Assembly: GCA_964057225.1 (NCBI GenBank)
Contig: OZ059897.1
Span: 3,782,001 to 3,846,000, forward strand
Origin: Auanema rhodensis
Taxonomy: Eukaryota; Animalia; Nematoda
Direction: 5' to 3'
Length of the DNA stretch: 64,000 nucleotides
Both the position numbers and the translations under genes were made by a program. The stretch's first letter is position 1, and the number at the start of each line of letters is the position of its first letter. A model generated the notes under the pieces. It was given only the letters and a program-made list of their open reading frames with translations. It did not search any database and was not told where the DNA came from. Below are positions 55,901 to 64,000 of the stretch, one piece after another.

Positions 55901-58100
55901 TATTTAGAAATTTTTCGGGAAAATTTTTGTCACAATGTTTTTGGAAGCAATGTTGAGTGTACATGGGAACTCAGCATACACTAATGCATTATTTTTCAAA
56001 CGATTATAACTAATTTTTGTATAGAGCGTTTCTCAATGTAGTATAGTGCATTCGATGCGGATTTTTAAGCTGCGTCGATCTGTGTTATCAGATTTGAGTT
56101 AGCTTGAAAATGCACCGAGATATCAACTGATATATGTTCACACTTATATCCTCGATTTTCACCCTGAAGAATTAATTTTTTCGTTGAATAACATTGTCCA
56201 TCGTATTCGTCTTGAAAAAAGGAATCTAAAAACATCTACTTTTTGTGAAATTATTTAGAAATTTTTCGGGAAAATTTTTGTCACAATGTTTTTGGAAGCA
56301 ATGTTGAGTGTACATGGGAACTCAGCATACACTAATGCATTATTTTTCAAACGATCATAACTAATTTTTGTATAGAGCGTTTCTCAATGTAGTATAGTGC
56401 ATTCGATGCGGATTTTTAAGCTGCGTCGATCTGTGTTATCAGATTTGAGTTAGCTTAAAAATGCACCGAGATATCAACTGATATATGTTCACACTTATAT
56501 CCTCGATTTTCACCCTGAAGAAATGATTTTTTCGTTGAAAAACATTGTCCATCGTATTCGTCTTGAAAAAAGGAATCTAAATACATCTACTTTTTGTGAA
56601 ATTATTTAGAAATTTTTCGGGAAAATTTTTGTCACAATGTTTTTGGAAGCAATGTTGAGTGTACATGGGAACTCAGCATACACTAATGCATTATTTTTCA
56701 AACGATTATAACTAATTTTTGTATAGAGCGTTTCTCAATGTAGTATAGTGCATTCGATGCGGATTTTTAAGCTGCGTCGATCTGTGTTATCAGATTTGAG
56801 TTAGCTTGAAAATGCACCGAGATATCAACTGATATATGTTCACACTTATATCCTCGATTTTCACCCTGAAGAATTAATTTTTTCGTTGAATAACATTGTC
56901 CATCGTATTCGTCTTGAAAAAAGGAATCTAAAAACATCTACTTTTTGTGAAATTATTTAGAAATTTTTCGGGAAAATTTTTGTCACAATGTTTTTGGAAG
57001 CAATGTTGAGTGTACATGGGAACTCAGCATACACTAATGCATTATTTTTCAAACGATCATAACTAATTTTTGTATAGAGCGTTTCTCAATGTAGTATAGT
57101 GCATTCGATGCGGATTTTTAAGCTGCGTCGATCTGTGTTATCAGATTTGAGTTAGCTTAAAAATGCACCGAGATATCAACTGATATATGTTCACACTTAT
57201 ATCCTCGATTTTCACCCTGAAGAAATGATTTTTTCGTTGAAAAACATTGTCCATCGTATTCGTCTTGAAAAAAGGAATCTAAATACATCTACTTTTTGTG
57301 AAATTATCTAGAAATTTTTCGGGAAAATTTTTGTCACAATGTTTTTGGAAGCAATGTTGAGTGTACATGGGAACTCAGCATACACTAATGCATTATTTTT
57401 CAAACGATCATAACTAATTTTTGTATAGAGCGTTTCTCAATGTAGTATAGTGCATTCGATGCAGATTTTTAAGCTGCGTCGATCTGTGTTATCAGATTTG
57501 AGTTAGCTTAAAAATGCACCGAGATATCAACTGATATATGTTCACACTTATATCCTCGATTTTCACCCTGAAGAAATGATTTTTTCGTTGAAAAACATTG
57601 TCCATCGTATTCGTCTTGAAAAAAGGAATCTAAATACATCTACTTTTTGTGAAATTATTTAGAAATTTTTCGGGAAAATTTTTGTCACAATGTTTTTGGA
57701 AGCAATGTTGAGTGTACATGGGAACTCAGCATACACTAATGCATTATTTTTCAAACGATCATAACTAATTTTTGTATAGAGCGTTTCTCAATGTAGTATA
57801 GTGCATTCGATGCGGATTTTTAAGCTGCGTCGATCTGTGTTATCAGATTTGAGTTAGCTTAAAAATGCACCGAGATATCAACTGATATATGTTCACACTT
57901 ATATCCTCGATTTTCACCCTGAAGAAATGATTTTTTCGTTAAAAAACATTGTCCATCGTATTTGTCTTGAAAAAAGGAATCTAAAAACATCTACTTTTTG
58001 TGAAATTATTTAGAAATTTTTCGGGAAAATTTTTGTCAAAATGTTTTTGGAAGCAATGTTGAGTGTACATGGGAACTCAGCATACACTAATGCATTATTT
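49930..58100. repeat. Satellite subfamily C domain
   Basis: ACTCAGCAT in essentially every monomer, together with GCTTGAAAAT, GTCACAATG, GCGTCGAT and frequent CTAAATACAT. Confidence 0.88.
50700..55850. repeat. 6-mer higher-order repeat (2106 bp), about 2.4 copies
   Basis: AATTCTTGTC variant base at 51012, 53118 and 55224; GAAGAAAGG at 51651 and 53757; all offsets are 2106. Confidence 0.88.
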
Positions 58101-60299
58101 TTCAAACGATCATAACTAATTTTTGTATAGAGCGTTTCTCAATGTAGTATAGTGCATTCGATGCGGATTTTTAAGCTGCGTCGATCTGTGTTATCAGATT
58201 TGAGTTAGCTTAAAAATGCACCGAGATATCAACTGATATATGTTCACACTTATATCCTCGATTTTCACCCTGAAGAAATGATTTTTTCGTTAAAAAACAT
58301 TGTCCATCGTATTTGTCTTGAAAAAAGGAATCTAAAAACATCTACTTTTTGTGAAATTATTTAGAAATTTTTCGGGAAAATTTTTGTCAAAATGTTTTTG
58401 GAAGCAATGTTGAGTGTACATGGGAACTCAACATACACTAATGCATTATTTTTCAAACGATCATAACTAATTTTTGTATGGAGCGTTTCTCAATGTAGTA
58501 TAGTGCATTCGATGCGGATTTTTAAGCTGCGTTGATCTGTGTTATCAGATTTGCGCTAGCTTAAAAATGCACCGAGTAATCAACTGATATAGGTTCACAC
58601 TTATATCCTCGATTTTCACCCTGAAGAAATGATTTTTTCGTTGAATAACATTGTCCATCGTCTTCGTCTTGAAAAAAGGAATCTAAAAACATCTACTTTT
58701 TGTGAAATTATTTAGAAATTTTTCGGGAAAATTTTTGTCAAAATGTTTTTGGAAGCAATGTTGAGTGTACATGGGAACTCAACATACACTAATGCATTAT
58801 TTTTCAAACGATCATAACTAATTTTTGTATTAAGCGTTTATCAATGTAGTATAGTGCATTCGATGCGGATTTTTAAGCTGCGTCGATCTGTGTTATCAGA
58901 TTTGAGTTAGCTTAAAAATGCACCGAGATATCAACTGATATATGTTCACGCTTATATCCTCGATTTTCACACTGAAGAAATGATTTTTTCGTTGAATAAC
59001 ATTGTCCATCGTCTTCGTCTTGAAAAAAGGAATCTAAAAACATCTACTTTTTGTGAAATTATTTAGAAATTTTTCGGGAAAATTTTTGTCAAAATGTTTT
59101 TGGAAGCAATGTTGAGTGTACATGGGAACTCAGCATACACTAATGCATAATTTTTCAAACGATCATAACTAATTTTTGTATAGAGCATTTCTCAATGTAG
59201 TATAGTGCATTCGATGCGGATTTTTAAGCTGCGTCGATCTGTGTTATCAGATTTGAGTTAGCTTAAAAATGCACCGAGATATCAACTGATATATGTTCAC
59301 ACTTATATCCTCGATTTTCACCCTGAAGAAATGATTTTTTCGTTAAAAAACATTGTCCATCGTATTCGTCTTGAAAAAAGGAATCTAAAAACATCTACTT
59401 TTTGTGAAATTATTTAGAAATTTTTCGGGAAAATTTTTGTCAAAATGTTTTTGGAAGCAATGTTGAGTGTACATCGGAACTCAACATACACTAATGCATT
59501 ATTTTTCAAACGATCATAACTAATTTTTGTATAGAGCGTTTCTCATTGTAGTATAGTGCATTCGATGCGGATTTTTAAGCTGCGTTGATCTGTGTTATCA
59601 GATTTGAGTTAGCTTAAAAATGCACCGAGATATCAACTGATATATGTTCACGCTTATATCCTCGATTTTCACCCTGAAGAAATGATTTTTTCGTTGAATA
59701 ACATTGTCCATCGTCTTCGTCTTGAAAAAAGGAATCTAAAAACATCTACTTTTTGTGAAATTATTTAGAAATTTTTCGGGAAAATTTTTGTCAAAATGTT
59801 TTTGGAAGCAATGTTGAGTGTACATGGGAACTCAACATACACTAATGCATTATTTTTCAAACGATCATAACTAATTTTTGTATGGAGCGTTTCTCAATGT
59901 AGTATAGTGCATTCGATGCGGATTTTTAAGCTGCGTTGATCTGTGTTATCAGATTTGAGTTAACTTAAAAATGCACCGAGATATCAACTGATATAGGTTC
60001 ACACTTATATCCTCGATTTTCACCCTGAAGAAATGATTTTTTCGTTGAAAAACATTGTCCATCGTATTTGTCTTGAAAAAAGGAATCTAAAAACATCTAC
60101 TTTTTGTGAAATTATTTAGAAATTTTTCGGGAAAATTTTTGTCAAAATGTTTTTGGAAGCAATGTTGAGTGTACATGGGAACTCAACATACACTAATGTA
60201 TTATTTTTCAAACGATCATAACTAATTTTTGTATGGAGCGTTTCTCAATGTAGTATAGTGCATTCGATGCGGATTTTTAAGCTGCGTTGATCTGTGTTA

Positions 60300-63200
60300 T
60301 CAGATTTGCGCTAGCTTAAAAATGCACCGAGTAATCAACTGATATAGGTTCACACTTATATCCTCGATTTTCACCCTGAAGAAAAGATTTTTTCGTTGAA
60401 AAACATTGTCCATCGTCTTCGTCTTGAAAACAGGAATCTAAAAACATCTACTTTTTGTGAAATTATTCAGAAATTTTTCGGGAAAATTTTTGTCAAAATG
60501 TTTTTGGAAGCAATGTTGAGTGTACATGGGAACTCAACATACACTAATGCATTATTTTTCAAACGATCATAACTAATTTTTGTATAGAGCGTTTCTCAAT
60601 GTAGTATAGTGCATTCGATGCGGATTTGTAAGCTGCGTTGATCTGTGTTATCAGATTTGGGTTAACTTAAAAATGCACCGAGATATCAACTGATATATGT
60701 TCACACTTATATCCTCGATTTTCACCCTGAAGAAATGATTTTTTCGTTGAAAAACATTGTCCATCGTATTCGTCTTGAAAAAAGGAATCTAAAAACATTT
60801 ACTTTTTGTGAAATTATTTAGAAATTTTTCGGGAAAATTTTTGTCAAAATGTTTTTGGAAGCAATGTTGAGTGTACATGGGAACTCAACATACACTAATG
60901 CATTATTTTTCAAACGATCATAACTAATTTTTGTATAGAGCGTTTCTCATTGTAGTATAGTGCATTCGATGCGGATTTTTAAGCTGCGTTGATCTGTGTT
61001 ATCAGATTTGAGTTAACTTAAAAATGCACCGAGATATCAACTGATATAGGTTCACACATATATCCTCGATTTTCACCCTGAAGAAAAGATTTTTTCGTTG
61101 AAAAACATTGTCCATCGTATTCGTCTTGAAAAAAGGAATCTAAAAACATCTACTTTTTGTGAAATTATTTAGAAATTTTTCGGGAAAATTTTTGTCAAAA
61201 CGTTTTTGGAAGCAATGTTGAGTGTACATGGGAACTCAACATACACTAATGCATTATTTTTCAAACGATCATAACTAATTTTTGTATAGAGCGTTTCTCA
61301 TTGTAGTATAGTGCATTCGATGCGGATTTTTAAGCTGCGTTGATCTGTGTTATCAGATTTGAGTTAACTTAAAAATGCACCGAGATATCAACTGATATAG
61401 GTTCACACATATATCCTCGATTTTCACCCTGAAGAAAAGATTTTTTCGTTGAAAAACATTGTCCATCGTCTTCGTCTTGAAAACAGGAATCTAAAAACAT
61501 CTACTTTTTGTGAAATTATTCAGAAATTTTTCGGGAAAATTTTTGTCAAAATGTTTTTGGAAGCAATGTTGAGTGTACATGGGAACTCAACATACACTAA
61601 TGCATTATTTTTCAAACGATCATAACTAATTTTTGTATAGAGCGTTTCTCAATGTAGTATAGTGCATTCGATGCGGATTTTTAAGCTGCGTTGATCTGTG
61701 TTATCAGATTTGGGTTAACTTAAAAATGCACCGAGATATCAACTGATATATGTTCACACTTATATCCTCGATTTTCACCCTGAAGAAATGATTTTTTCGT
61801 TGAAAAACATTGTCCATCGTATTCGTCTTGAAAAAAGGAATCTAAAAACATCTACTTTTTGTGAAATTATTTAGAAATTTTTCGGGAAAATTTTTGTCAA
61901 AATGTTTTTGGAAGCAATGTTGAGTGTACATGGGAACTCAACATACACTAATGCATTATTTTTCAAACGATCATAACTAATTTTTGTATAGAGCGTTTCT
62001 CATTGTAGTATAGTGCATTCGATGCGGATTTTTAAGCTGCGTTGATCTGTGTTATCAGATTTGAGTTAACTTAAAAATGCACCGAGATATCAACTGATAT
62101 AGGTTCACACATATATCCTCGATTTTCACCCTGAAGAAAAGATTTTTTCGTTGAAAAACATTGTCCATCGTCTTCGTCTTGAAAACAGGAATCTAAAAAC
62201 ATCTACTTTTTGTGAAATTATTCAGAAATTTTTCGGGAAAATTTTTGTCAAAATGTTTTTGGAAGCAATGTTGAGTGTACATGGGAACTCAACATACACT
62301 AATGCATTATTTTTCAAACGATCATAACTAATTTTTGTATAGAGCGTTTCTCAATGTAGTATAGTGCATTCGATGCGGATTTTTAAGCTGCGTTGATCTG
62401 TGTTATCAGATTTGGGTTAACTTAAAAATGCACCGAGATATCAACTGATATATGTTCACACTTATATCCTCGATTTTCACCCTGAAGAAATGATTTTTTC
62501 GTTGAAAAACATTGTCCATCGTATTCGTCTTGAAAAAAGGAATCTAAAAACATTTACTTTTTGTGAAATTATTTAGAAATTTTTCGGGAAAATTTTTGTC
62601 AAAATGTTTTTGGAAGCAATGTTGAGTGTACATGGGAACTCAACATACACTAATGCATTATTTTTCAAACGATCATAACTAATTTTTGTATAGAGCGTTT
62701 CTCATTGTAGTATAGTGCATTCGATGCGGATTTTTAAGCTGCGTTGATCTGTGTTATCAGATTTGAGTTAACTTAAAAATGCACCGAGATATCAACTGAT
62801 ATAGGTTCACACATATATCCTCGATTTTCACCCTGAAGAAAAGATTTTTTCGTTGAAAAACATTGTCCATCGTATTCGTCTTGAAAAAAGGAATCTAAAA
62901 ACATCTACTTTTTGTGAAATTATTTAGAAATTTTTCGGGAAAATTTTTGTCAAAATGTTTTTGGAAGCAATGTTGAGTGTACATGGGAACTCAACATACA
63001 CTAATGCATTATTTTTCAAACGATCATAACTAATTTTTGTATAGAGCGTTTCTCATTGTAGTATAGTGCATTCGATGCGGATTTTTAAGCTGCGTTGATC
63101 TGTGTTATCAGATTTGAGTTAACTTAAAAATGCACCGAGATATCAACTGATATAGGTTCACACATATATCCTCGATTTTCACCCTGAAGAAAAGATTTTT

Positions 63201-63800
63201 TCGTTGAAAAACATTGTCCATCGTCTTCGTCTTGAAAACAGGAATCTAAAAACATCTACTTTTTGTGAAATTATTCAGAAATTTTTCGGGAAAATTTTTG
63301 TCAAAATGTTTTTGGAAGCAATGTTGAGTGTACATGGGAACTCAACATACACTAATGCATTATTTTTCAAACGATCATAACTAATTTTTGTATAGAGCGT
63401 TTCTCAATGTAGTATAGTGCATTCGATGCGGATTTTTAAGCTGCGTTGATCTGTGTTATCAGATTTGGGTTAACTTAAAAATGCACCGAGATATCAACTG
63501 ATATATGTTCACACTTATATCCTCGATTTTCACCCTGAAGAAATGATTTTTTCGTTGAAAAACATTGTCCATCGTATTCGTCTTGAAAAAAGGAATCTAA
63601 AAACATCTACTTTTTGTGAAATTATTTAGAAATTTTTCGGGAAAATTTTTGTCAAAATGTTTTTGGAAGCAATGTTGAGTGTACATGGGAACTCAACATA
63701 CACTAATGCATTATTTTTCAAACGATCATAACTAATTTTTGTATAGAGCGTTTCTCAATGTAGTATAGTGCATTCGATGCGGATTTTTAAGCTGCGTTGA
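60300..63800. repeat. Domain D: 5-mer HOR (1755 bp) built from a 3-mer plus a 2-mer, 2 copies
   Basis: AAACAGGAA variant base at 60431, 61484, 62186 and 63239 (+1053, +702, +1053); CATTTACT at 60796 and 62551 (+1755); markers GAAAAGATT, TTGGGTTAAC, CACATATATC. Confidence 0.85.
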
Positions 63801-64000
63801 TCTGTGTTATCAGATTTGGGTTAACTTAAAAATGCACCGAGATATCAACTGATATATGTTCACACTTATATCCTCGATTTTCACCCTGAAGAAATGATTT
63901 TTTCGTTGAAAAACATTGTCCATCGTATTCGTCTTGAAAAAAGGAATCTAAAAACATCTACTTTTTGTGAAATTATTTAGAAATTTTTCGGGAAAATTTT

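Larger units (their letters stand above)
1..64000. repeat. Tandem satellite DNA array, 351-bp AT-rich monomer, about 183 head-to-tail copies, truncated by both window edges
   Basis: ATCAACTGATAT recurs at 1, 352, 703 and onward. ORF-track offsets are multiples of 351 (8475->8826; 3210->4965 = 5x351). Monomers differ by a few substitutions or 1-bp indels, all lie in the same orientation, and no unique sequence intervenes. Confidence 0.99.

Noticed and set aside
1-64000. CRISPR array or other repeat-spacer system
   Set aside because: There are no unique spacers; the entire unit is repeated, and no cas or other genes are present.
1-64000. Assignment to a named satellite family, species or functional centromere
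   Set aside because: Length and AT content resemble several invertebrate satellites, but I do not recognise the sequence; this needs a database search and CENH3 data.

Overview
The whole 64 kb window is one uninterrupted head-to-tail array of an AT-rich 351-bp satellite monomer (about 183 copies; about 31% GC by hand count of one monomer). It looks like eukaryotic (peri)centromeric or heterochromatic satellite DNA. I cannot name the family or species from the sequence alone. I found no credible genes, RNA genes, transposon insertions or CRISPR spacers; all listed ORFs are by-products of the repeat. The array is divided into variant domains: A (1-32.4k and 34.2-36.5k), a divergent subfamily B (32.4-34.2k and 36.5-49.9k), C (49.9-58.1k) and D (60.3-64k). 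These carry young 4-, 5-, 6- and 8-mer higher-order repeats (HORs) and multi-kb block duplications. The most unusual element is a 297-bp monomer variant present 7 times. In it, 75 bp containing the monomer's native imperfect hairpin were replaced by 21 bp, 20 of them an inverted copy of adjacent sequence. This creates a perfect 24-bp-arm inverted repeat, most simply explained by fold-back template switching, which was later amplified inside HORs. Domain and duplication boundaries are approximate (about +/-100 bp).
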